Below, piece by piece: positions 24,919 to 36,684 of a DNA stretch of 64,000 bases. The DNA comes from Oopsacas minuta (lineage: Eukaryota > Animalia > Porifera). Position 1 is the stretch's first letter; each line of letters opens with the position of its first letter. The notes below the pieces were generated by a model that saw only the letters and a program-made list of their open reading frames with translations, searched no databases and had not been told where the DNA came from. The stretch lies in NCBI GenBank assembly GCA_024704765.1, contig JAKMXF010000354.1, positions 853,690 to 917,689 on the forward strand. The letters run 5' to 3'. The translations under genes were made by a program, and so were the position numbers.

Positions 24919-26207
24919 ATGGGTGTTGCAGCTAGTACAGGGAGAGAGGTACAGGTAAACCGTACCAGAGATGGGTTCCGCTGGGCTCTGAACAAAGCTT
25001 ACTCAGACATGTCCAAACTTGTGGGGGAGGGTGAGGAGAAGCAGGCTTCTAGAGAGATGTGTTTGGAGGATAGGATTATATTCCTAGAGTCAGAGAGTGT
25101 TAACATGAAACAGATCCTTGTAAGACAAACTTACGAGGTTCAGGAGATGGAGAGAGAACTGAAAGAAGAACAGAATAAAGCAAAACAACTAATGTTTGGT
25201 GAGTTAATTCATTCATAAAATATATTATTTAATTCTCTAAACATAGGCCAGCTTCCTTACGAATTATTACTCAACAGTCCTGAACAGCTTGAGGATTCTG
25301 GATCTCTTCTGGCTAGGAAGTTTCCTATGGCTACATTCATAGGCTGGTGAGGTTATTAATCCTATGTGAATATTGATATACGTGTAACCTCCACAAATGG
25401 GGTGTCAGGGACGCCAAAAATTGCTACTCCATTTCCTTATTTCTGCCAAATTCCCGTGTGGGACTAGGAATTTTGGGGGATTTTCACTCCGTTTCCACAG
25501 GCCCCGTTTACGGAGGTTCACCTGTATATGTATATTTCTATAGTGACATAATCAATTTCAGTAAACTCTGCTCTCTGCTCTCCCCCCAGGATATGATAAC
25601 TCTACTCGATAAAATACACATAGCAGTAGCTAGTGCATTCTCTGACGAGTGTATTTATATTATGGAGAGAGCTTCTGAGAGGTGTTTAGCTGTATCAGGG
25701 CTAGTTGAGGTTACAGACGGTGGTAATAACCGAAAACAGAGATCACCCGATACAAATGTTCCCAGTACACACGCTGCAAGGCTAGCTACAGCTGCCCTGA
25801 AGCTATTGAGTAATATAACAGCTGTTAAGGTGCCCAAATACCCTCGTTCCATGTTACAATTAAGAGTAGCTCTTCACTCCGGGGCCTGTCATGGAGGGGT
25901 GGTAGGTCTCCAGAACATTTCTCTGTCACAAATCCCTCACTATCATATATTCGGTACTGCCGTAGACTTCACTCGCTATCTCTCCTCTACCAGTCTCCCT
26001 CTACAGATTAGAGTAAGTTCCGCTTGTCATCAGCTGATCTCTTCTGATACTGATTTCATATTTGAGAGATGTCCTGATTATGCAGCTCCTAATGGGCATA
26101 ACATTGAGTCATTTTGGTTGCTAGACAAGAAAGGTTTAGACATTAACCTTCCATCACAATTTGATGCTCTACCCTTATCTGAGTGTAAAGATATTTTCAA
26201 TTTTTAA
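24919..26207 (+). CDS. Coiled-coil plus class III nucleotide (guanylate) cyclase-like domain, catalytically degenerate
   Basis: Exons 24919-25198, 25247-25346, 25544-26207, all phase-consistent. Cyclase fold motifs CDIINFS.LC, LQLRVALHSG...GVVG, PHYHIFG..V and LQIRVSS are recognisable. Confidence 0.8.
25381..25524. mobile_element. MITE family B in cyclase intron 2
   Basis: Imperfect ~23-nt TIRs (CGTGTAACCTCCACAAATGGGG / CCCCGTTTACGGAGGTTCACCTG), TA on both flanks. A related copy lies at 57534-57598. Confidence 0.75.
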
Positions 26208-26296
26208 CCTATTTTACACACGAATCACTTAAATATTCAATATTCAATTATTAATAGAATTTTTGTATATTTCTAGCAAATATTTGTCATTGATAA

Positions 26297-29200
26297 ATGG
26301 CAGAAAATTCACACAATGATCATTCCAATGAACTTCTATCCGGAGAGCACTTCCAATCTGGATTTATTCCTAACCAGGGACTAGAGATATTGTCTCCTTA
26401 CTCCACTACCCAGGAGTTCTCTCACCCAGGGGACAAGGAGAAAGACGGGGATACGCTAAGACAGATGTTATCCGGGAGTGGAGACTCTAAGGGCACTGGA
26501 CATCACGGAACGATTACAGGCAATCAACAACAGGCCTACATGGCTGCTATACAACAGCAGCAGCAGCAGCAGCAGCAGCAGATGGGGATGGGAGGAGCAG
26601 GAGGACTCATGGGCGTTGGGCCAAAAGGACAAGGCATGATGCAATCAATACACTCCATGCAGTCTCCTCACCACTACCCGACACCCCCCTCACACCACCC
26701 AATACCTCCCGGAAGTTACCGTCCTTATAGAGTATTCTCCAAACCAATGATGGAACAATATAGAGCACAGATGTGTGCTTATAGATATCTGGCTGATAGA
26801 AAACCTGTACCAGAACAAATGCTACAGCTGACTGCAGGTCGCTATGGACAAGTTCCTCCTACAGATCCAAACAGGATGTTAGGGAACCCCCCCATGAGTC
26901 GATACACCCCCAGACCTCAACTTAACTCTGCTCCAGGTTCAGTTGATTGGCTCGGGTCTCTTGGATATGGAGGAGACAACACCTCTTATGAACCTGTCCC
27001 AAATGTTACTGTGTCCTCAAGCTCTGTGATTCCCTCTGTCTCTAATCAATCGACTACTACCCCTGATCTGAAGCTCCCTCAGCCCATCCCTCCTTCCCTC
27101 CCTAAGCCATCTCCTGATACTCTTGCTCCCTCTAAATCGATCCTCCCAGTCACCTCTCCCTCTAAATATGTCTCCGCTCCCTCCTCTAAGACACCTCCCA
27201 ATAAGATCACATCACCCGATTACCCAGCTCAGCAGCAAACTCAACAACAATCCCAGCAACAATCACAAAATCAACAACAGCAACAAACACCTATATCACA
27301 ATCACAACAACCCACACGACAACAACCTCAAGTTAGAGTAACGACCTTAAAAATACCTCAGGGTATAGATCCTGCTGAACTTATAATGGAGAGAGAGAAG
27401 AGACTCAAGGGCCGTATATCTCAACGGATAGAACAGCTGACCATGGAATCACAGCAAGAAGAGATGAATATCAGCTCTCGTATAGAGTTGAAGGGATTGA
27501 GACTGTTGACATTTCAGAAAGAACTCCGATATGACATAATCCAGCTAATGAATAGAGAGACTACGCTAGAGACAGCCCTCAATCTGAGAGTTTATAAGAT
27601 ACCGAAGAGACAGACACTAAAAGATGCAACAAACACTGAACGGCTAGAGAAGTTCCATAGAAAAGAAGTTGAGATAAAACACAGACAGGAGCATGAGAAT
27701 TTCCTGACTGAACTGATGACTCACACGAAAGATTTCCGTGAATTCCACAAAGGTGTTCAGGTAAGAATTAGCAAGCTTAAACGAGATGTAGTGCAATATC
27801 ATGACAGAATTGAGAAAGAGCAGAAGAGAGTGGTAAAAGAGAGAATGATGAAGTTGATGGCAGAAGACGATGAAGGATACAAGAAACTGATTGATGAGCA
27901 GAAGAATAGAAGACTTGCTTTCCTGCTGAAACAGACTGATGAGCATATAGAAATGATGAGACAGCTGGTTATGGAGCATCAGAGCAATCAGAAGAGAGTT
28001 AGACGAGATCAGAGACGTAAGCAAAGAGTATTAGCTCGTTTGTCTAGTCAGGGACAGGGGAATGATGAGTTGAATAAAGTACGGATTCCTGTGAGGTGTC
28101 TGGCCTCTGGTCTCAAAAAAGAGGGACAAGATGCTCCTCTGTTTGATGACCTGGAACAATTCTTGGAGGATAATCCAGGCTGGGAAGTGTTAGATTCTGA
28201 CGGGGAGGGATCAGACGGAGAGGACAAAATGTCTGACGTGATGGAGAATTCAATAGAGGCAGAGGTAAGACCTAGTGTAGGAGGGGAGAGTGATCATGAG
28301 GATAATAATGAATCTACAATAAGAGCTGCTAGTAAGCGAGTAGAGATTGATGATGATTATGTAAAGAAGGGAAGTAAGGGAGGAGAAGGATCGAGCTACT
28401 ATTCACTAGCTCATAGCTATCAGGAAGAGATTAAAGAACAACCCTCCTCTCTAACCGGAGGTACTCTCAAGGAATATCAGGTCAAAGGATTGGAGTGGTT
28501 AGTCTCTCTTTACAATAATAATCTGAATGGTATCCTAGCTGATGAGATGGGGTTAGGCAAAACTATACAGACAATAGCATTATTCACTTATCTTATGGAG
28601 AAGAAGGGTGTTAATGGACCTCATCTGGTCGTTGTTCCTCTGTGTACTATTTTCAATTGGTGTATGGAGTTCAAAAAATGGGCACCAAAGATCCTATTTA
28701 TTGGTTACAAGGGTGATCCACAGGTTCGAAAAAGTTACCAGCATTGTATCAGGTATGTTCACATTCCAGATACCAATACATGTCGCTAAGTAAATATTCA
28801 TTCTCTCTCTTTACATTTACAGAGCTGGTAAGTTCAATGTCCTTATAACAACATACGACTACGTCATGAAAGATAAAGCATTTCTTAGCAAGATACAGTG
28901 GAAGTATATGATAATTGACGAGGGACATAGAATGAAGAACAGACACTGTAAACTAACACAAATCCTCAATCAGTATTATTTAGCTCCACACAGGGTGTTG
29001 TTATCTGGTACTCCTATTCAGAACAACCTACCTGAGTTATGGGCTCTCTTAAACTTCCTACTTCCTTCTATCTTCAAGTCCTGTACATCTTTTGAGCAAT
29101 GGTCAGTTTGATAAACAAGTATTGTTTTGTACAATAGAGTTCACATTGCTTATTCCCAAGTCATATTTTGCACGATTTCCCTTGCTAATACTTTGCAATA

Positions 29201-31443
29201 TGAGGAATTATTTCCAATACAAAATGAACTCTAAAGACCCTGAAAAATTGCTATTAGGCGAACACCGCTGTATATATGAGTATTTATAATATCCGTCCTT
29301 TAGGTTCAACGCTCCATTTGCTAATACAGGAGAGAAGTTGGAATTAAATGAGGAAGAGACCATTCTAATCATTAGACGTCTCCACAAGGCTCTGAGACCT
29401 TTCTTGCTCCGTCGACTCAAGAAAGAAGTTGAGACACAACTGCCAGATAAAGTGGAGTATGTTGTTAAGTGTGATATGTCTGCACTCCAGAAAGTTGTAT
29501 ATAAACAGTTACAGCATGGAGGATTAGTTGTTGATACAAACAAAGGAAAGTTCAAGAAACACAATCTGAATAATATTATTGTTCAGTTAAGGAAGTTATG
29601 TGATCATCCGTTCATGTTTGATCGTATTGAGACTTCTATTTGTCATCATATGGGATATGAGGGTGTAACTATCCCAAGTAACTCCCCGCTAATTTACAGG
29701 TATTTATTGCTGTTGTTAATACAACTAATAAAGCAGTGGTTCCTAACCTTTTCACCCATGTGGACCCTTCCCATAGGCTACAATACAAATTTGAGATCCA
29801 ATAGACCCCTTACAACAGTCCGTGGACCCCAGATTGGGAACCGCTGATTTATTGAATATACTGTGATAATTAATATTATTTTATAGAGCGAGTGGAAAGT
29901 TTGAGTTACTGGACCGTATCCTCCCCAAATTTCTAACCACCGATCATCGTGTACTTCTGTTTTGTCAGATGACAGAGCTAATGACTATCATGGAAGATTA
30001 TCTAACTTGGAAGGGATGGAAGGATCGCTACCTTCGTCTGGACGGTCACACCAAAGCAGATGACAGATTCAGACTGTTGGAAGATTTCAATAAACCCAAC
30101 AGCCCTTACTTCATATTCCTTCTCTCCACAAGAGCTGGAGGACTAGGCTTAAATCTACAATCAGCTGATACTGTAATTATATTTGATCTAGATTGGAATC
30201 CTCATCAAGACTTACAGGCAGAGGCCAGGGCTCATAGGATAGGACAATCTAATGAAGTTAGAGTTCTGAGACTAATTACTACTAATTCTGTAGAGGAGAA
30301 GATTCTAGCAACCGCTAAGTTCAAACTCAATGTAGATGTCAAGGTGAGTAACTTTGTTATTAGATTCTCACAATCATGATTACATTCTTTAATGGTTGCT
30401 AGGTAATACAAGCTGGAATGTTTGATAACAAGAGTACGCCTCGTGAGAGGAGAGACTTCTTAGTGACCCTGCTGGAGGACGAGCGTATCGAGGAGGAAGA
30501 GGATCCTATACCTGATGATGAGACGCTTAACAGAATGATAGCTCGCTCTGAGGAGGAGTTCCAGCTGTTCCAGAGGATGGACGGGGAACGTATCACCCGT
30601 GAATCAATGGATGAGGTATTACGTCATAGTTCACGACTAATGCAGGAAGATGAACTTCCTGACTATTTGCTTAGAGACACAGCTGAGCTGGTAGATTTGT
30701 CTGATGATAATGAAGACCAACAAGGGAAAGGACATCGGGTTAAAGATAAAGTTAATTACTGCGAGATTATATCTGAGAAGAAATGGTTGAAAGGTCTGAA
30801 TGACCCTCTTGACGAGCAAGACGATTCTCCTGTAAAGTCTAAGAAGAGGAAGACGGGTGACTCTTCTAATGAGGGTACACCGCCCCCCAAGAAGCAGCGG
30901 AAGAGACAGGCAGGTCGCCCTAAGATCTCCATGGATCTGATACGTGAAATGATGAAAATATGGCAAGAGGTAGTATACTACGAGGATGATGAAGGGAGGA
31001 GATTGAGTGATATTTTCATGGAGTTACCCTCTAAAAGAGAACTTCCTGATTACTACCAGATTATATCAGAACCTACCGATCTAAAGAAGGTTAAGAACAA
31101 AGTTCTGAAAGGTTTTTACAGAGACTGGGAAGAATTCGATCATATCATGAAAGTGTTATTTGCTAATGTCCGTCAGTACAATATGGAAACTTCTCGAATT
31201 TACGAGGATTCTAAGATATTAGAAGACGTATTTCTAAAAGCTAGAAATGAATTAGAAATGGGAGAAATAGATTCTAACGATCTACTTCCTGAGGTACAGC
31301 ATGAATTGGATTCTATCAGTACTCCTGCCAAGACCCCTACGAGCTCTAATCCAGGACCCAAGAAGAAGAGAGGGCGGCCTGGCAGACCCAGAAAGGTGAT
31401 TAATCCTGTTGAGTCGGATGACGATGATATGAGTTATATGTGA
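26297..31443 (+). CDS. SMARCA4: SWI/SNF ATPase BRG1/BRM (QLQ, HSA, BRK, SNF2, helicase C, SnAC, AT-hooks, bromodomain)
   Basis: Exons 26297-28752, 28823-29101, 29304-29699, 29887-30343, 30403-31443. Motifs QMCAYRYL (QLQ), [65 protein letters not shown] (bromodomain). Poly-Q at about 26553-26582. Likely co-ortholog of SMARCA2 and SMARCA4. Confidence 0.95.
29734..29846. mobile_element. hAT-like MITE (family C) in a SMARCA4 intron
   Basis: TIRs CAGTGGTTCC / GGGAACCGCTG and the subterminal GTGGACCCC typical of hAT/Charlie-type MITEs. No intact 8-bp TSD (TAATAAAG vs ATTTATTG). Confidence 0.68.
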
Positions 31444-31556
31444 ATTTTATTCTCAGGATTATGTATCATTTGTAGACTCTGAATTATGATGTCATTACTA
31501 ATAATTTTATTATTAATTTGTCAATTTATTTCTTGTATCATGGTGCTATTAGCTTA

Positions 31557-32626
31557 ATGTCTGACTATACGAAGAGACTACGCCCCAGAGTCAGCACAGG
31601 GATCAAGAGGTCCCTCTCCTCTTCATTCATCTCCAGGAGATTAGTCCCCAAAGTAAGTAAGATTAATAAAAAGAAACAAGTTAGGAAGAGAGCTATTCAG
31701 ACAAATATTCCAAATACAATGAATGAGATAGAAATAGCTCCCATAATAACAGAACCTATAGCTGCATTTGATATAAGTATACCTGTTGATAAATCAGCTG
31801 ATAAGCCTAAGAAGAAAATTACGAGAAAAAAGAGCAAATCAGTAGTACATAAACTCTTAAAGGAGGCTGGAATAGAAGATCCAGAAGCAGTCTGTGTCTG
31901 TCTGAAGGCAGGGATTAGTGCTGGTTGTATTAACTTTGAAATTCCCAATCCATTAGATCAGGTACTTGTAGTGAATGAACTGATTTAGTTTCATCATATT
32001 TATATTTATCATTTCCCTTTTCTAGATAATTCTCCAGTCTCAATGCTTTTTATGTGAAAATGAAATTGTAGTAAAAGTGAGGGATGTTCTTTATCAGGGT
32101 GCGACTGGAGGGAATTACTGGGGCGGATATGATAATGACGTCATTTGTCCTAAAAAAGGGTGTCAGGGGACTTACGTAGTTAGTCATATGTGTACTTTTC
32201 GCCCAAATCTGGATTATGGTAAATACTACAATCACTGTGATATTTGTCCGGGGTTTGGTAAATGTATAGGAGATTACAGGTAAGTACATTTGTATTAATT
32301 GTAACTACGTACTGTACTTTATACTGTTATTCTATAGAGAAAGTCATTGCTTGAGTTGTGGTGGCCATTATTTTGCTGGTAGTATGAGCCAGTTCAAATG
32401 TTCCAATTGTTATTCTGATTCTGAAGATGAAGGGAACGATGCTGGCATGTTTGGAGCTTTTTTTACCGACCAACCCTTATCCAAGAAGATACCAGTATTT
32501 TCCTATATTTATAAACAATCAGAAACTCTGAGATTCGATGTATTGAGTGATAACCCAGAATTAAGCATGTCTCCAGCCTTCCAAAACATAATCAACGACG
32601 AATCAAGCTCTAGTGAAATTGATTGA
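31557..32626 (+). CDS. Uncharacterised Cys/His-rich protein, tandem paralog A
   Basis: Exons 31557-31961, 32026-32279, 32338-32626. Basic N-terminus, then CVCLKAG, CFLC, C-x4-C, NHCDICPGFGKCIGDYR|ESHCLSCGGHYFAG, CSNC and an acidic tail. Confidence 0.8.
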
Positions 32627-32807
32627 AGAAGATTCTCCACTATTTTACCCGATTGCTTAGTTCGTAAATTCAATGTGAATTTACCTTCAACACTTATCTG
32701 CCTTAACATTTCATATTTCAGTTATTCAGCTAACTTCTATTGAATTGTTCATTGATACTTTCTATTTATTTATTGAGTTACTACACGTACTATACTATTA
32801 GTATGTA

Positions 32808-33843
32808 ATGGCTGAGTATGCTAAGAGACTACGCACCAGGATTAACACGGGGGCCAAGAAGCCCTTAGTTTCATTGGCCTCGAGGAGATTAATCCCCAAA
32901 GTAAGTAAGATTAATAAAAAGAAACAAGTTAGGAAGGGAGCTACTCAGACAAATATTCCAAATACAATGAATGAGATAGAAATAGCTCCCATAATAACAG
33001 AACCTATAGCTGCATTTGATGTAAGTATACCTGTTGATAAATCAGCTGATAAGCCTAAGAAGAAAATTACGAGAAAAAAGAGCAAATCAGTAGTACATAA
33101 ACTCTTAAAGGAGGCTGGAATAGAAGATCCAGAAGCAGTCTGTGTCTGTCTGAAGGCAGGGATTAGTGCTGGTTGTATTAACTTTGAAATTCCCAATCCA
33201 TTAGATCAGGTACTTGTATTATAACCTGCATTAAATAACTCTATTTACTATTATCCTATCTAGATAATACTCCAGTCACAATGCTTAGTCTGTAATACCG
33301 AAATTATAGTAAAGGTTAGGGACATTCTTAATCAGGGTGCGACTGGAGGGAGCTACTGGGGCGGATATGATGATGATGTAATTTGCCCTAACAAAGAATG
33401 TCTGTATAGACATGTAGTTAGTCAAATGTGTACTTTTCAACCAGAACTGTGTGATGGTAAATTCTACAATCACTGTGAGTTTTGTCCGGGGTTTGGGAAA
33501 TGCATTGGAGACTTCAGGTAAGTATATTTTGTATTAATTGTTGTTACTGTACTTTACGCTATCATTCTATAGAGAGAATCATTGTTTGGATTGTGGTGGG
33601 CATTATTTTGCTGGTAGTATGGACCAATTCAATTGCTCAAATTGTTTTTCTGCACCTGAAGATGAAGGGAATGAAGCAGGCATGTATGGAGCTTACATGC
33701 CAATATTTTCCTATATTTATAGACAACCAGAGGCTCTGAAATTCGATGCTCTGAGGGATGATCCAGTATTAAGTGAATTAAGCCGGTCTCCAGCATACAA
33801 ATACATATTCAATGATGAATCTAGCTCTAGTGAAATAGATTGA
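32808..33843 (+). CDS. Uncharacterised Cys/His-rich protein, tandem paralog B
   Basis: Exons 32808-33209, 33264-33517, 33573-33843. Same intron positions and motifs as paralog A (NHCEFCPGFGKCIGDFR|ENHCLDCGGHYFAG). Confidence 0.8.
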
Positions 33844-34057
33844 AGAATATTGCTTACCCGATTGCTTACCCGATTGCTTAGTTCGTGAATTCATTTGAAT
33901 TTACTTTCAACGAATATTTCCTTAACATTTCATATTTCAGTTATTCAGCTAAGTTCTATTGAATTGTTCATTGAGACTTTCTATTAATTTATTACATCAA
34001 TCAGCTGTTATTGTTTAGATTGTTTACTATTAATTGTTTATTCTTAGCACACAATTC

Positions 34058-35112
34058 ATGTCGGAATATTTACAAAGACTTCGTCCGAGACCTTGCATTC
34101 CTAAAATGCATTTAAAGGCTGTCCCTTCAAAGAGAAATCTGACACAAGAAACTGATAAACAAGTGATAAATAAGAGAATAAAATTAACTAAAAAGACAAA
34201 GTTTAACGTTAAATCAGTTAAGAAATATTCAAATTCCTCGTCTGTCACTGAGATTACACCGTCAGCAGAAATACTGCCCCCTCATAAGAGGAAGATAATA
34301 TCAAAAGCTGAAGTAAATAAAGATCTGATTCATGCTGGTGTTAGAGATGTAGATGACGTGTGTCTCTGTCTGAAGGCTGCTCTCAGGAAAGGCTATTATT
34401 CTCTGAAAGGAAAGAATCCACTTAACCAGGTAACATTGATCTCTATACCCCTGGGGAAACAAAAATTATTACGTACTAACTGAGTTTTCCTGTATTCATA
34501 ATTATTAATATACTATTCATTTCTAGGTGATACTAACTCAATTCTGTCCCATATGTACCAAAGATGATCCTATTATAGTTAAGCTAGATGATGTCCTATA
34601 CCAGTCTAACAGGGGTAATTTCTACTGCGGATTTGAAAGTGAGGTAGAGTGTACTGGCTGTGAAACTCAGCTAGCTGTTAAGGGTATTTGTAGAGGCTGT
34701 CCGGTACTTAATTCTGGCAAACAGTATAATCATTGTGAGATGTGTCCTGGCTTTGGAAAGTGTATAGGAGATTACAGGTATATATGCATGACTGATAATA
34801 GAGTATAGATTGTATTAATTAATTTTAACTAGGAATAGTCATTGTGATAGTTGTGATAGACACTACTTTGCTGGATGTCTAGGAGAATATACCTGTAGTC
34901 TCTGTTATACTACAGACGGGGATAGCGATGGAGATTCTATTTTTGAGTTTTCTCAACAGAAAACCGTTCCAACTAAGTCTATATACTATTACTTATACAA
35001 AAAACAAGATCCTTCAATGAAGGCTCAGGTTCGGAATATCATTAATATGATACAAGGGCCAGATTGGCCCAATACTGATGTCTTGGATTCATCGGATAGT
35101 AGTGACAGCTAA
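34058..35112 (+). CDS. Uncharacterised Cys/His-rich protein, tandem paralog C (more diverged)
   Basis: Exons 34058-34429, 34527-34777, 34833-35112. The last exon is missing from the ORF track but reads NSHCDSCDRHYFAGCLGEYTCSLC...DSSDSSDS* in phase. Confidence 0.8.
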
Positions 35113-35328
35113 GCTTTATTCACGTAGTTAGTAACCATATCACTTCAATCTCTAATATGCAAATCCGCGATTTCAGTTCCATTTATTATTCATTGTTTTC
35201 AGTTAACTGACTTATATCACAAATATGAGATTATTCTGAGCAGAAATGAGGTAAAATTACAAATTATGAGCACAATTAAAATACGATAAATGCTATATAC
35301 GTAATATTACAATAAAAGAGCCAAGTAA

Positions 35329-36501
35329 TTATTTGTTTTCTTGATGAGTGAATAATAACGGATTGAAGAGACTAGGAGTGTAACGTGTACGAACTCCAAA
35401 GCCAAACCGTGTCTTTATATCTATCAAACAGGCTTCCCAGAAGAATAATATAGTCCCAAGTGAGTAATGAATTAATATTATTCCTTGAGCGAATACTATC
35501 AGTAACTTTAATATAATGCTAATTAGAGTACCAGCAAGGATCAGGGTTTGGAAATGTTCAGGCCCTCTTAACCACGGTTCATATGCAGCTGTTCTATACA
35601 CATAACTGAATATGCATGGTCCGTAGAATATCCCTATACTTATACTAAAGAAAATAGCTTCTATTATCTCTGATAATAGGAAACATGCGAAAGCAGTTCC
35701 ATTGAGGGACATTATTATACCAAATTGATACATACTTTCCATTGCTCGTCTTACTTTAGTTTCGTGAGATTGACGTACTTTAAGCTTGATGACTCTATCC
35801 TTGAGGATTTTATAGAATATCTTGATGTGTTTGACCCAAATACAAAAGTATATTACTAGAATGAAAGGTCCAAATATTATTTCAAATATTTTGAATTGTA
35901 GTACTGATCCTGTGAGGAAAATAACGAATGCAAAGACTATGGTTATTACACCGAAATATTTGAAATTACTCTCTCTGTCATATTCTTTTTCTCTCAGATA
36001 GTGTATTAGATATATACCAAACCCCAATGAGCACAAAAACGCTATTTGACCTATTGTGATGGAGATTCTACCGATGGGAACTTCGGTTAGAATGTTGATC
36101 TCAATATCGGAGACTAGAGACAATTCCCCTGTACAATTACTGTTTTCGAATGTGTTAGGATATTCCACATTCTTGTCAACACTCCATAACACGTATGTAA
36201 TTATGGCCCCGAATCCATAACCAATGGCCCCAATCATTTCAGATGAGTTTATCACCAGCAGCAAAATATACTTGATATACTCCGTTTTGTAACTAACAGC
36301 TAAACTTTTGTAGTTATCATAAGGGTCATCCTTAGATTCGGCGATCGCATTGAGATACTTTTTCCGGTAGAATCGTATTTTCCTTATAATATACACATTC
36401 CATAACGAGCATAATACTATAATTAGTATCAGTGTGAGTGGAAATATATAGAAAAATATTTTATTACAAAAATCGTTTATCTTGAAAATATAATTAGCCA
36501 T
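35329..36501 (-). CDS. Orphan 7TM membrane protein (family member 3), intronless
   Basis: About seven hydrophobic helices, YKTEYIKYILLLVINSSE motif, basic loop KIFYKILKDRV.KLK. First ATG at 36501. Confidence 0.72.
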   Translation of the reverse strand: MANYIFKINDFCNKIFFYIFPLTLILIIVLCSLWNVYIIRKIRFYRKKYLNAIAESKDDPYDNYKSLAVSYKTEYIKYILLLVINSSEMIGAIGYGFGAIITYVLWSVDKNVEYPNTFENSNCTGELSLVSDIEINILTEVPIGRISITIGQIAFLCSLGFGIYLIHYLREKEYDRESNFKYFGVITIVFAFVIFLTGSVLQFKIFEIIFGPFILVIYFCIWVKHIKIFYKILKDRVIKLKVRQSHETKVRRAMESMYQFGIIMSLNGTAFACFLLSEIIEAIFFSISIGIFYGPCIFSYVYRTAAYEPWLRGPEHFQTLILAGTLISIILKLLIVFAQGIILIHYSLGTILFFWEACLIDIKTRFGFGVRTRYTPSLFNPLLFTHQENK

Positions 36502-36684
36502 TTTAGTGCTCAAGTTCTTCTCAGTTCAATTTTTATAATATTTTCTAACGAACCTATTCCAAGGGGAAAATACATGTAATTCAATATTACTTCATATATT
36601 ATTTATCACATTTGGTCGTTACAAAATGCTGATTGTTATGTGTAACACAAATTTGTATATTATTAGTTAAGATAATTAGCTGAG

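Noticed and set aside
29726-29854. 8-bp target-site duplication for the hAT-like MITE
   Set aside because: The flanks TAATAAAG and ATTTATTG match at only 3 of 8 positions, so no TSD is claimed.
33850-33880. Tandem TTGCTTACCCGA repeat
   Set aside because: A 12-nt slippage duplication relative to the paralogous sequence near 32645-32660; no spacers, not CRISPR-like.
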